Notes under the pieces: generated by a model
What the model was told of the DNA's origin: nothing
Seen by the model: only the letters and a program-made list of their open reading frames with translations
The model's database searches: none
Made by a program: the position numbers and the translations under genes
Assembly: GCA_963815115.1 (NCBI GenBank)
Contig: CAWFFN010000009.1
Coordinates: 1,440,001 to 1,504,000 of the forward strand
From: an uncultured delta proteobacterium
GTDB taxonomy: Bacteria > Desulfobacterota > Binatia > DP-6
Length of the DNA stretch: 64,000 bases
Reading direction: 5' to 3'
In this document: one piece after another, positions 1 to 10,294 of the stretch
Numbering within the stretch: the stretch's first letter is position 1
Layout: each line of letters opens with the position of its first letter

Positions 1-1913
1 GCTGATCGACCAGGAGGGCCGGCTCTTCAAGCCCCTCGCCTACTCGAAGACCCTCACCATGGCGCTGGCGGCGGTGCTCGCCATCACTCTCGACCCGGCG
101 CTGCGCATGCTCTTCACCCGCATGGACCCGTTCACGTTCCGTCCGCGCGCCCTGGCGCGGCTGATGACCACAGTGGCGGTCGGACGGTACTACGCCGAGG
201 GGCGGCACCCGATCAGCCGCGTCCTGTTTGCGGTCTACGAGCCCGTGTGCCGGTTCGTGCTGCGCCACCGCGCCCTGACGCTCGGGGCGGCCCTGCTGCT
301 CGTCGCCTCGACGGTGCCGGTCTTTCTCCGGCTCGGCTCCGAGTTCATGCCGCCGCTCAACGAGGGCGCCTTCCTCTACATGCCGACCGCGCTACCGGGC
401 ATGTCGGTCACCGAAGCGCAGCGCATTCTCCAGGTCCAGGACAAGGTTCTCCGCGGGTTCCCGGAGGTGGAGCGCGTGTTCGGCAAGGCTGGCCGCGCGA
501 CGACGCCGACCGACCCGGCGCCGTTCTCCATGGTGGAGACGACGGTCCTGCTCAAGCCGGAAGCCGAATGGCGCCCGGTGAAACGCTGGTACGCCGGCTA
601 TCCGAAACCGCTGCGGTGGCTGTTCTCGATCGGCCTGCCCGAGCACGTGACCTTCGACGAGCTGCGCGACGAGATGGACGCGGCGCTGCGCTTCCCCGGG
701 CATCCCGAACATCTGGACGATGCCGATCCGCAACCGCATCGACATGCTGTCGACGGGCGTGCGCACGCCGATCGGCATCAAGATACTCGGGCCGGACCTC
801 GAGGTGGTGCAGCGTATCGGCGAGGACATCGAGCGCATCGTGCGCGACGTCCCGGGCACGCGCACGGTGCTCGCCGAGCGGACGGCGGGCGGCTACTACC
901 TGGACTTCGTGCTCCGGCGCGACGCCCTGGCGCGCTACGGGCTGTCCGTCGAGGACGCCCAGACGATCGTCACGTCCGCGATCGGAGGCGAGACCGTCAC
1001 CACGACCGTCGAGGGCCGCGAGCGCTACGGCGTGAACGTGCGCTACGGGCGCGAGTTCCGTGACAACGTCGAAGCGCTCCGCCGCGTGCTGGTGCCGACG
1101 CCATCGGGCGCGCAGGTGCCGATGGCGCAGATCGCCGACATCCAGCTCCGCGAAGGACCGTCGATGATCCGCGACGAGAACGGGCAGCTCGCCGGCTACG
1201 TCTTCGTCGACATGACGGGGCGGGACGTCGGCGGATACGTCCAGGAGGCGAGGGCGCGCGTCGCCGCGCAGCTCGACCTGCCGACGGGCTACACGCTCGT
1301 GTGGAGCGGGCAGTACGAGAACCTGGCGCGCGTCCGCGAACGCCTCAAGGTGGTGATCCCGCTCACCCTCGCGCTGATCACGCTCCTGCTCTACCTGAAC
1401 ACCAAGTCGGGCGTGAAGACCGCGATCGTGCTTCTCGCGGTGCCGTTCTCGCTCATCGGCGCGGTCTGGCTGCTCTGGGGGCTCGGCTACAACCTGTCGA
1501 TCGCGGTCTGGGTGGGGATGATCGCGCTCATGGGGCTCGACGCCGAGACCGGGGTCTTCATGCTCCTCTTCCTCGATCTTTCATACGACGAGCGCGTGCG
1601 CGCCGGCCGCATGCGCACCGCGTCCGACCTCGAGGAGGCGATCGTGCACGGAGCCGTGAAGCGCGTGCGCCCGAAGCTGATGACCGTGGTGGCGGCGTTC
1701 ATGGGGCTGCTGCCCATCATGTGGTCCACGGGCGCCGGCGCCGACGTGATGAAGCGCATCGCGGCGCCGATGGTGGGTGGGCTCGCCACCAGCTTCCTGC
1801 TCGAGCTGCTCGTCTATCCGGTGCTGTACGCCATCTGGAAGTGGCGCTTCGTGATGCAGCGCGGGGCGCAAGTGCCGCCGCCACTGACGGCGTTGCGGAC
1901 GAACGCAGGATGA
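1..1913 (+). CDS. cusA: CusA/CzcA-family heavy-metal RND permease, 5'-truncated by the window, one frameshift near 695-700
   Basis: Motifs GSEFMPPLNEG, VFGKAGRA.TPTDPAP.SM.ET, MPIRNRIDMLSTG.RTP.GIK, GAVKRVRPKLMT and IAAPMVGG. ORFs 59..1063 and 720..1913 join as FPG|IPNIWTMPIRNR. Confidence 0.9.
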
Positions 1914-1992
1914 GCACGACGATCGACGCAGGCAGAGCGGCGCATCCGGGGAACGGCACGGTGGGCACCAATTGACGCCGGTTGCGCAGGTG

Positions 1993-2034
1993 TGTACAGA
2001 ACAGGCGGGACAGACGAGTTGTACAAGTCGTACT
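1993..2034. promoter_or_regulatory. Putative Phd/YefM operator palindromes
   Basis: TGTACA at 1993-1998 and 2020-2025 plus degenerate CGTACT at 2029-2034, upstream of the antitoxin. TGTACA is the known YefM/Phd operator core. TTGACG (-35-like) at 1972-1977. Confidence 0.6.
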
Positions 2035-2060
2035 AGACCGAACCGAGCCAAGAGGGCAGA

Positions 2061-2444
2061 ATGCAGCACGTCTCGACGAGCGAGGCCCGCAAGGACTTCG
2101 CGGAGATCATCAACAAGGTCGCGTACGGCAAGGAGCCGGTCATCATCGGCCGCCGGGGCAAGGAGCTGGCGGCGGTCATCCCAATGCGGGACCTCCGGCT
2201 GCTGGAACGGCTGATCGAGGAAGAAGAGGACCGGCTTGACGTCGCAGAGGCCTCCCGCATCGAGGCCGAGGAGCCCGAGTCGATCCCGTGGGATGAGGTA
2301 CGGCGTGACCTCCTCGAGGGAGCGACGCTCCCGGCACCGACGCGTAAGAGAACGGCCGCGTCGTACGGAACCAGGAATCCTGCGCGCGCCGCTACTCGCG
2401 CCATTCCGTCGAAGGCTCGCGACCGCAAGCGACGGGCTCGCTGA
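2061..2444 (+). CDS. Phd/YefM-family antitoxin with basic C-terminal extension
   Basis: MQHVSTSEARKDFAEIINKVAYGKEPVIIGRRGKELAAVIP fits the Phd fold; typical IPWDEVRRDL segment; lies upstream of a RelE toxin. Confidence 0.85.
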   Translation: MQHVSTSEARKDFAEIINKVAYGKEPVIIGRRGKELAAVIPMRDLRLLERLIEEEEDRLDVAEASRIEAEEPESIPWDEVRRDLLEGATLPAPTRKRTAASYGTRNPARAATRAIPSKARDRKRRAR

Positions 2445-2483
2445 CGCCCTCACCGTAGAAGCCGATACGGGCACCGCCCCGCC

Positions 2484-2765
2484 ATGACCTCCTCCCAGGC
2501 ACGGCGGTACCGCGTCGACATCAAGCCCAGCGCCCGGCGCGCCGCACAACGCCTTCCCGCGCGCGCGCGGGTCAGGCTGGTGGCCGCGATCGACGCGCTC
2601 GGGGACAATCCACGACCGGACGGCTGCAAGAAGGTCGCGGGGGTTGAGCATCTGTATCGTGCCCGCGTGGGGGACTACCGGATCGTGTACGAAGTGCACG
2701 ACGAGGTGCTGCACGTCTTGGTGATCCGGGTCGGCCACCGGAGTGACGTTTACCGAGGCCTGTAG
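2484..2765 (+). CDS. RelE/ParE-family toxin
   Basis: 93 aa; [11 protein letters not shown]...[14 protein letters not shown]...[12 protein letters not shown]. Confidence 0.9.
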   Translation: MTSSQARRYRVDIKPSARRAAQRLPARARVRLVAAIDALGDNPRPDGCKKVAGVEHLYRARVGDYRIVYEVHDEVLHVLVIRVGHRSDVYRGL

Positions 2766-2836
2766 TTGCCTCCCTGTCCCCTTCATCCCATCGTCGCCAC
2801 CATGTGCCTCGTGCGACAGCAGGCAGGAACCACGTC

Positions 2837-3163
2837 ATGACCGTGGCACGCTCGGTGCTGCTCTTCGTCCTCGCGGGCCTGTGCGAGATCGGCGGTGGTT
2901 GGCTGGTGTGGCAATGGCTACGCGCCGGACGACCCGCGGGCTGGGGACTCGCCGGGGCCGCCGTGCTGGTGCTGTACGGCGTCATCCCCACGCTGCAGCC
3001 GGCCCCCTTCGGGCGCACCTACGCGACCTACGGCGGGTTCTTCATCGCGCTCTCGCTGCTCTGGGGCTGGGCGATGGACGGCACGCCTCCCGATGCGGCC
3101 GACGTCGTGGGGGCCACGATCGCGCTCGGCGGGGTGGCCCTGATGATGTACTGGCCGCGGTGA
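2837..3163 (+). CDS. ynfA: YnfA/UPF0060 small membrane protein
   Basis: [35 protein letters not shown]; ATG 2837 follows an AGGA RBS. Confidence 0.88.
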   Translation: MTVARSVLLFVLAGLCEIGGGWLVWQWLRAGRPAGWGLAGAAVLVLYGVIPTLQPAPFGRTYATYGGFFIALSLLWGWAMDGTPPDAADVVGATIALGGVALMMYWPR

Positions 3164-3187
3164 CTCTCTCGCGCTACAAGACCGCCC

Positions 3188-4573
3188 GTGGCCGGGATCA
3201 TCCGATACGGAACCTATGTCCCCTACTTCCGCCTGACGCGCGCCGCGATCGGCGCCGGCAAGGGTGAGCGTGCCGTCGCCAGCTACGACGAGGACGCGGT
3301 GTCGCTGGCGGTCGAGGCGGCACGCGACGCGGTCCGCGGCGGTGCGGCGCCCGACGCGCTGCTCTTCGCGACCCTCAGCCCGCCCTACGCCGAGAAGCTC
3401 AACGCGGCGACGATCCAGGCGGCGCTCGACCTGCCCGAGCAGATGGTCGCCGCCGATCTGGGTAGCTCGTCGCGTGCCGGGCTCAGCGGCCTGCTGCTCG
3501 GGCTCGACCTCGCGGCCGCGGGGCGGCGCGTGCTGGTCTGCGCCAGCGACGTCGTCATCGGCGCGCCGGGCGGGGCGCGCGAGACCCAGGGCGGCGACGC
3601 GGGGGTGGCGTTCGTCGCGGGCGGGGACGCCGAGGCCATCGCGCGGCTGGTCGGCCGCGCCTCGACGACGCTCGAGATCCTGGACGTCTGGCGGCTGCCC
3701 GAGGAGCGCTTCGGCCGCCAGTGGGAGGAGCGCTTCACGGCCGACACGATGGCGCCGGCGATCACCGACACGGCGACGCGCGCGCTGGCGAGCGCTGGCG
3801 TCGAGGCGGCGTCGCTCGCGACGGTCATCCTCGACGGGACCGGTCCGCGCAGCATGGCCGGGCTGCCGAAGGCGCTCGGGCTCCGGCCGGAGCAGGTTGC
3901 CGACCCGCTGTCGGCGAGCGTCGGGCGCGCGGGCGTCGCGCACGCCGGGCTTCTGCTGGCGCGTGCTCTCGACCAGGCGAAGCCCGGCGACCGTATCCTC
4001 GTCGTGGGCGCGGCGGATGGCGCCGATGCGCTCGTCTTCGAGGTCACGGGCGCGATCAAGGACGCGCGACCGGCCCGGACGGTCGATCGCTGGATCGCGT
4101 CGAAGCGCAACGACCTGGCCTACAACACCTACCTCAAGTGGCGCGGCATCCTGCCCTTCGAGCCGCCGCGCCGGCCCGACCCCGAGCGGCCCGCGGCGCC
4201 CCCGATGCGGCGTCACGAGCGCTGGAAGCTCGCCTTCGTCGGCTCGCGCTGCACGAAATGCCAGGCCGGACACCTCCCGCCGCAGCGCGTGTGCGTCAAG
4301 TGCGGAGCGGTGGACCAGATGCGTGACGAGCGCTTCGCCGACACGTCGTGCGCCGTGGCCACCTACACCCTCGACCATCTGGCGTACTCGCTCCAGCCGC
4401 CCGTGGTGGCCGCCTTCGTCGACTACGAGGGGGGCGGCCGCTTCTCGTGCGAGCTCACCGACGTCGATCCGAAGCGGGTGGCGATCGGGGATCGGCTCGA
4501 GATGACGTTCCGCCGGCTGTTCACCGCGCAGGGCGTGCACAACTACTTCTGGAAGGCGCGTCCGGGGCGCTGA
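3188..4573 (+). CDS. HMG-CoA-synthase-like (thiolase fold) domain fused to DUF35 Zn-ribbon/OB-fold
   Basis: N-terminal GI..YG.YVP.FRL and ER.VA..DEDAVSLAVEAA resemble archaeal HMGCS. C-terminal CTKC...PPQRVCVKC and OB fold ending HNYFWKARP. Confidence 0.85.
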   Translation: MAGIIRYGTYVPYFRLTRAAIGAGKGERAVASYDEDAVSLAVEAARDAVRGGAAPDALLFATLSPPYAEKLNAATIQAALDLPEQMVAADLGSSSRAGLSGLLLGLDLAAAGRRVLVCASDVVIGAPGGARETQGGDAGVAFVAGGDAEAIARLVGRASTTLEILDVWRLPEERFGRQWEERFTADTMAPAITDTATRALASAGVEAASLATVILDGTGPRSMAGLPKALGLRPEQVADPLSASVGRAGVAHAGLLLARALDQAKPGDRILVVGAADGADALVFEVTGAIKDARPARTVDRWIASKRNDLAYNTYLKWRGILPFEPPRRPDPERPAAPPMRRHERWKLAFVGSRCTKCQAGHLPPQRVCVKCGAVDQMRDERFADTSCAVATYTLDHLAYSLQPPVVAAFVDYEGGGRFSCELTDVDPKRVAIGDRLEMTFRRLFTAQGVHNYFWKARPGR

Positions 4574-4640
4574 GGCGGATCCGGGCGCGGCTGGTCGCCA
4601 CCGATCCGCATCCCTCAGGCCGGAACGGCCCTCGGCCGCC

Positions 4641-6401
4641 TCACCCGGCGACCTGTCGAGCCGCCCGCACGCGCTCGTAGATCGCTCGGAGACGTTCGTC
4701 CCGGTCGTGATCGGGATACATCGAGCTACAGCGGGCCGCGGTGGCCGTCGCGCTCGTGACGTCGTCGGCGAGTAGCAGCACCTCGACCAGGGTCGTACAA
4801 GCGGGCTGCAAGTCGGGATCGACCTGCAGCGCCCGCTCGAGGTGGCGCCGCGCCGCCTCGAGCTGCAACCGCCGCAGGGCGGTCACGCCGAGGCTGAGCT
4901 CGCGGTAGGGTGACCGGGGGCTCGCCACCAGCCGGTCGGGCAACCTCGCGGTCTCTCGCACGAGCAGCTGGGAGACGGAGTCCCGATAGAGCGAACGCCA
5001 GCGGCCGGTCCGCACGAGGTCCGTGAGGACGTCGCTCGACTGCCAGCGCGGCCACAGCACGAAATCCGCACCGCTGCCTTCGATGACGTCGATCCAGCCC
5101 GGCTTCCGATCGAGGACGGTCAGGTAGTCGACGTACGTATCGTCGCCGTATGCCGTCTCGGCGCGACCGTCGATGAACACCTTGAGCCGACCCTGGGTGC
5201 GCAGGTCCACGTAACCGCCCCATCGGTAGTAGGCGAAGACGTTTCCCGAGAGCCCGTTGGCGTCGATGAAATTCAGGGTCTCGACCGGAAACTCGTAGTC
5301 CGCCGTGAGGTAGTGGAACGCGGACGACGTCTTCGGATACGGCGCCAGCCAGACAACGGCCAGGACGAGCGCGCCCAGGGCCGGCACCAGCGCAGGGATC
5401 CGGGCGCGTCGGGAGACCCCGAGACGCGCCAGCGCGAGACCCAGCACGAGGGTCTCCGCCATTCCGAAGAGCGGCACGAAGCGGCGACTGCGCAGCGACA
5501 TCGCGAGAGCCATCGCGCCGATCACGATCGCCACCCAGGGAGCTGCCGAGCGGCGCAGCTCGGCATCCGCCGTCACGACCAGCGTCGCGGCGACGAATGC
5601 GCCGATCCCGTACGGGTAGAGCCACGATCGGAGCCCGCCCGGCTCGAACGGCGGCAACCATTCGGCGACCCGGTGGATGGGCGACGTCGGATCGAATGCG
5701 TGCTGGAACGCACGCTCGACGGCCGCGCCGCCGTGGGGATTGATCATCGTCACGGCGCAGCAGGCGGCCGCCAGGAGCAGCGCCCGCCGACGGTGCTCGC
5801 GCCGTCGAACGCTCGGGAACAGCACGACCGGCAGGGTGAGGAGACCCAGCACGAAGCTGGCGTGGAGGTTCGCCCAGATCAGGAAGACGATCGGAAGCCA
5901 CGGCCGCGGCTGCGGGCGGCCGAGGGTGGCGTCGAGGACGAGCGCCCAACCGAGGAGCGCATAGAGCTGCGGGCGCACGTCGAGGAATGGCGCCGCCACC
6001 GCCAGACCGAAGGTCGCGGCGGCCCAGCCGGCCAGGCGATCGCCGGAGAGGCGCACCAGGAGCCGGAACAGGATCAGCCACGCGGCGACGATCACGAGCC
6101 ACTTCCAGTATGCGAGGCTCTCCAATCCGAACGCGCGGGCCCAGAGATACAGCAGGACGTCCGCGAGCCACGAGTCGTTCAGCCAGTAGCGGCCGGCCGT
6201 CGTGTAGCTGAACGGATCCGGTGCCCGGACGGCCCCGTGCTCGACGATCCACCGCCCGCCCGCGATGTGCCACCACAGGTCCGCGCCCTGCAGGCCCGTG
6301 AAGCCGAACGACCAGAACGTGAGGCCCGCGGCGAGATACCACGTGGCCGCGGTCAGCCGGTCGGAATCGCGATGGCGCGACGTCTTCCCCGCGCTCGGCA
6401 C
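4641..6401 (-). CDS. Multi-pass membrane protein (GT-C-like) with C-terminal TPR-like helices
   Basis: DLWWHIAGGRWI...DPFSYT, many hydrophobic segments, WANLH, VFIDGR, and a TPR-like ARRHLERALQVDP. Confidence 0.65.
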   Translation of the reverse strand: MPSAGKTSRHRDSDRLTAATWYLAAGLTFWSFGFTGLQGADLWWHIAGGRWIVEHGAVRAPDPFSYTTAGRYWLNDSWLADVLLYLWARAFGLESLAYWKWLVIVAAWLILFRLLVRLSGDRLAGWAAATFGLAVAAPFLDVRPQLYALLGWALVLDATLGRPQPRPWLPIVFLIWANLHASFVLGLLTLPVVLFPSVRRREHRRRALLLAAACCAVTMINPHGGAAVERAFQHAFDPTSPIHRVAEWLPPFEPGGLRSWLYPYGIGAFVAATLVVTADAELRRSAAPWVAIVIGAMALAMSLRSRRFVPLFGMAETLVLGLALARLGVSRRARIPALVPALGALVLAVVWLAPYPKTSSAFHYLTADYEFPVETLNFIDANGLSGNVFAYYRWGGYVDLRTQGRLKVFIDGRAETAYGDDTYVDYLTVLDRKPGWIDVIEGSGADFVLWPRWQSSDVLTDLVRTGRWRSLYRDSVSQLLVRETARLPDRLVASPRSPYRELSLGVTALRRLQLEAARRHLERALQVDPDLQPACTTLVEVLLLADDVTSATATAARCSSMYPDHDRDERLRAIYERVRAARQVAG

Positions 6402-6487
6402 CTCCCCGCCTCAACCGCCCGCCATCCGCGCATGCATGCCTCAGAGAAGCCGGCGGGGGTGGTGCAAGTCAATTCGCCGTCAGGACG

Positions 6488-7171
6488 TCAGCCGCGGCTC
6501 CCGTTGAGGCCCGGCTTCGCCTCCAGCGTGTGCCGGTCGATCCAGGTGTACTCCCTGCCGAGGGCCGCGGCCGTCGCCGCGGCGAGCCCCTCGTCGATCT
6601 CCGGGGGCAGGGCGGCGGCGTACATCACGGGCGACGGCTGCTCGTCGCCGATCTTCAGCTCGAGCCAGCCGACCTGCGCGCCGTCGCTCGATCGGAGGGC
6701 GGCGCGATACGTGCCGGAGAGCTCGTCGTCGTGCTCCACGCGGCGGGTGAGCTCCGCGCGCCCCCAGCGGGGCCGGCGCACGAAGACGTCGCTGCGGAGC
6801 GGCATCGAGCCCGCGGGCGCGATGACGAGACGGATCGCATCGTGGTCCCAGAACGGCTCGACGCGCCCGACGACCGGTGATTCCGGCGAGTCCGTGCTGC
6901 GAACGACCGCGCGCCCGGGACCCTCGAGCCAGATGCCCTCGCCGCGCGAGGGACCACGGTTCACGACCAGCTCGGGCACCGTGAAGGCGGGGAGCCACCG
7001 CGTCGACGTGACCAGCGCGGGCTGGTCGTCCCCGCGCATCTCATCGACCATGAGGCCGCCCCGGACGATGTGCGCGCCGAACGATGCTCCCGGCTCGACC
7101 GGAAGACGCTGATAGGGGCTGCATCCGGCCCCGAGAGCAAGCACCAGCCCGAGGACCCATGACCTGCGCAT
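6488..7171 (-). CDS. Hypothetical lipoprotein (paralog A)
   Basis: MRRSWVLGLVLALGAGC lipobox; similar to 10295..11028 (GGL.VD.M, GRVEP.WD..AIRL, GTY.A.L...G..VGWL). Confidence 0.7.
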   Translation of the reverse strand: MRRSWVLGLVLALGAGCSPYQRLPVEPGASFGAHIVRGGLMVDEMRGDDQPALVTSTRWLPAFTVPELVVNRGPSRGEGIWLEGPGRAVVRSTDSPESPVVGRVEPFWDHDAIRLVIAPAGSMPLRSDVFVRRPRWGRAELTRRVEHDDELSGTYRAALRSSDGAQVGWLELKIGDEQPSPVMYAAALPPEIDEGLAAATAAALGREYTWIDRHTLEAKPGLNGSRG

Positions 7172-7185
7172 GTGGTGTCGTCGGG

Positions 7186-7201
7186 AGCATTTCGCGTGCC
7201 C
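7186..7201 (-). promoter_or_regulatory. Putative sigma54 -24/-12 promoter
   Basis: Minus strand GGGCACG-CGAA-ATGCT matches TGGCACG-N4-TTGCW; next to a sigma54 activator gene. Confidence 0.55.
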
Positions 7202-7248
7202 GGCGCGACCATGGCTGGTTGGCAAGGGGTTCAACCGCGGGGTGTCCA

Positions 7249-7277
7249 GTTCTGGACCGCACCGTCGCATCCTGCGC
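7249..7277 (+). promoter_or_regulatory. Enhancer-like motif copy 1 (TTCTGGAC-N6-GTCGCA-...)
   Basis: gttctggac-cgcacc-gtcgca-tcctgcgc; same spacing as the copies at 11114 and 16877. Confidence 0.55.
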
Positions 7278-7450
7278 ACGGCGAGGACCGTCCTGCCGCG
7301 TGCCGGTAGATCGTGGTGACACCTCCTTCAGCTCCTCTCCGACGTCGACTGACTGCGCGAACGCGCCGTCCGCGCGGAGCCAGATGACCGCGGCTGCGGC
7401 CGCGGCGAGGCGGAACGCTGCGCGGAACCAGCGCGCGGCGCGCGACCACG

Positions 7451-8783
7451 TCACTGCGAGGTCGGATCGGAGAGCCAGCGGCTGAGCGTCTGGCGGGACA
7501 CGCCGAGCTTCTGCGCGGCGAGCGCCTTGTTGCCGTTGCAGAGGCCGACCACCCGCGTCACGTAGGCGAGCTCCAGCTCCTCCACGGTCATGATGCGATC
7601 GGCGCTCTGCGGCAGCTCCGTCAGCCCCGCGAGCGCCGCGCGCTCCACCTGGCCGAGGAGCTCGACACCGATCACGCTGCCGTCGGCCATCACCGCGGCC
7701 GAGGCCACGGCGGTCCTCAGCTCGCGCACGTTCCCCGGCCAGCGGTGGTTCCGCAGCAGGGCCTCGGCCTCGGGCGAGAACCCGTCCAGCGGCTTGCGGA
7801 ACTGCCGCGCGCACTCCTCGAGGAACGCGCGCGCCAGCAGGAGGACGTCGTCGCCGCGATCGCGCAGCGGCGGCAGCGTGATCGTCATCCCGGCGAGCCG
7901 GTAGTACAGGTCGCGGCGAAAGCCGGTGGCGCCTTCCAGCGACTGGTGGGTGGCGGCGACGACCCGGCAGTCGACGGTCAGGAGCCTCGTCCCGCCGACG
8001 CGGCGGAACTCGCGCGACTCGACGAAGCGAAGCAGCTTCGCCTGGGCGGAGCCCGGGAGATCACCGATCTCGTCCAGGAAGAGCGTGCCGCCGTCGGCCA
8101 GCTCGACGAGGCCGCGCTTCTGCTCGCGCGCGTCGGAGAAGGCGCCGCGCTCGTGACCGAAGAGCTCGCTCTCCACGAGGGATTCGGGGATGGCCGAGCA
8201 GTTGAGCTCGATGAACGGTCCCTTCGCGCGTTGCGAGCGACGGTGGAGGAAGCGGGCCGCGAGCTCCTTCCCGGTGCCGGTCTCGCCCTGGATGAGGACG
8301 ACCGGCATCGGCTGGGCCGCCACCCGCTCCAGCCGCTCCATGGCGGCGCGCATGGCGGGGCTGTCGTAAAGCAGGTCGGCGCGCTGGCCGCTCAGGTAGG
8401 CGACCTGGCGCTCGAGCTGCTCGGTGTGCAGCGCGTTCTTGACCGAGGCGAGGACCTCCTCGACGTCGAACGGCTTGCGGATGAAGTCGAAGGCGCCCAG
8501 CCGCAGCGCGCTCACCGCGCTGTCGACGTCGCCGTGGGCCGTGATGACGATGGCCTTCGGCATCGGGACGCGCTCGCGCGCGGCGCGCAGCACGTCGAGG
8601 CCGTCCATGTCGCCCAGGCGCAGGTCGATCAGCACGCAGTCCGGCGTCTCCTGGGCGAGCCCGGCGAGCGCGTCGGCGCCGCTGGCGGCCGACTGGACGT
8701 CGTAGCCGGCACCCTCCAGCGCCATGCGTGAGCGAGCGCCGGATGAGGCCCTCGTCGTCGACGATGAGGACGGACTGCCGCAC
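7451..8783 (-). CDS. Sigma54-dependent NtrC-family response regulator (frameshift near 8726-8730)
   Basis: Receiver VLIVDDE (upstream frame, GTG 8783); GETGTGKE, ESELFGHERGAFSDA, LFLDEIG, WPGNVREL; Fis HTH GNKALAAQKLGVSRQTL. Confidence 0.9.
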
Positions 8784-10213
8784 TACGCCTCCGCCCGCGG
8801 GAGTACCACCTCGAACGCCGTCCCGCGACCGTTCTGCGGCAGGACGTCGATCCGACCGCCGTGCTCGCGGACGATGTTCCGGCTGACTGCCAGCCCGAGC
8901 CCGTTGCCGTTCGGCTTGGTGGTGAAGAAGGGATGGAAGAGGCGAGCGCGCACCTCGGGCTTCATCCCCGTGCCGTGATCGGACACGACGAACCGGAGCC
9001 GATCGTCGAGCACCTCGGTGCGCAGCTCCACGGCTTCGCCCGGCGGCGAGGCCTCGCAGCCGTTGACCAGCAGGTTGACGAGCACCTGCTCGATCAGGTC
9101 CGGATCGAGCCGCCACTCCAGCTCGGGCGGGAGCCCGCGGGTACGGATGGGACGCCCCGCGGCGCCCGGCGCGAGCTGCGCCGTGCGCACCGCGCCCTCG
9201 ATCACGCGCCGCACCGAGACGTCTCCCATGCGGGGCTCGAGCGGTCGCGCATACGACATGAGCCGCCGGACGGTGTTGGCGACCCGTCCGAGCTGCCGCT
9301 CCATCTCCGCGAGCTCCGCTCTGAGCTGATCCGGCGGCACCGGGCCGCGCTGCAGCGCCTGCAGCATGCCGCGCACGCCGGTCACCGGGTTCAGCGTCTC
9401 GTGCGCGATCTCGGAGGCGATCTCCCCCAGCTCCGACAGCTTCTCGGCCTGCTGCAGCGCGCCCTCCTGCCGGCGCACGCGCTCGAGCAGCGCGTTCACC
9501 TGGGCCTCGAGCATGCCGAGCTCGTTGCCGTCCACCTGGATCGGATCGCCGACGTCCGCGGCGCCGAGCCGCAGGACGAGCCGGTAGATCGGCCGGGCTG
9601 CGTAGCGCGACAACATGAAGCCCAGGCAGAGCGAGAACACGGCGCCGAGCCCCGTCAGCCAGAGCACGAAGGTGCGACCGCTGGCGATGTCGGCCTCGGC
9701 CGACGCGCGTCGCTCGTGCATGTCGGTGGCCCCGAGGCGGAAAAGCTCCTCGCCGCTGGCGAGCAATCGCTCGACGTCGGCCGACATGGTGACGAACACG
9801 CGGCGGGCCTCGTCCGGACGACCCTCCTTCTGCAGCTGGACGACCCGGTCCGCGGCCGCGGTGTACTCGGACCACCCGGAGCGCATGCCGTCGAGCAGCG
9901 CGCGCTCGGTGTCCGTCCGCACGAAGGTGCCCATCTCGTCGAACCAGGCGGAGAACTCGGCGCGATGCGGGCGGATCGCGTCCAGTGTCGCCTGGTCGCC
10001 GGAGAGCAGGTAGTCCGCGAGCCGGCTCTTTTCGCGCACCAGCGTCTCCAGCTTGGCCGCGAGGTCGAGTCCCTGGACGCTGCGGTCCGACAGGCGCTGC
10101 GCCGCGCGCTCGGCCTCGGACAGGGAATGCTGGCCCCACCACGAGGACACGAGGACCGCCGCCAGCACGACCGCGTATGCGAGCATGAGGCGCCCGACCA
10201 GGCTCGGCTTCAT
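8783..10213 (-). CDS. Membrane sensor histidine kinase with four-helix-bundle periplasmic domain
   Basis: Two TM segments, H-box EIAHETLNP, N-box NLLVNG, DHGTG, FFTTK..GNGLGL. Confidence 0.9.
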   Translation of the reverse strand: MKPSLVGRLMLAYAVVLAAVLVSSWWGQHSLSEAERAAQRLSDRSVQGLDLAAKLETLVREKSRLADYLLSGDQATLDAIRPHRAEFSAWFDEMGTFVRTDTERALLDGMRSGWSEYTAAADRVVQLQKEGRPDEARRVFVTMSADVERLLASGEELFRLGATDMHERRASAEADIASGRTFVLWLTGLGAVFSLCLGFMLSRYAARPIYRLVLRLGAADVGDPIQVDGNELGMLEAQVNALLERVRRQEGALQQAEKLSELGEIASEIAHETLNPVTGVRGMLQALQRGPVPPDQLRAELAEMERQLGRVANTVRRLMSYARPLEPRMGDVSVRRVIEGAVRTAQLAPGAAGRPIRTRGLPPELEWRLDPDLIEQVLVNLLVNGCEASPPGEAVELRTEVLDDRLRFVVSDHGTGMKPEVRARLFHPFFTTKPNGNGLGLAVSRNIVREHGGRIDVLPQNGRGTAFEVVLPRAEA

Positions 10214-10294
10214 GGTCCCGGTCGAGACTCTGCGCGCCGGGCGGCCGTCCGGCAAGTCGTGACTCGACCATTGCCGCGTCATGGACCTGGCTGC

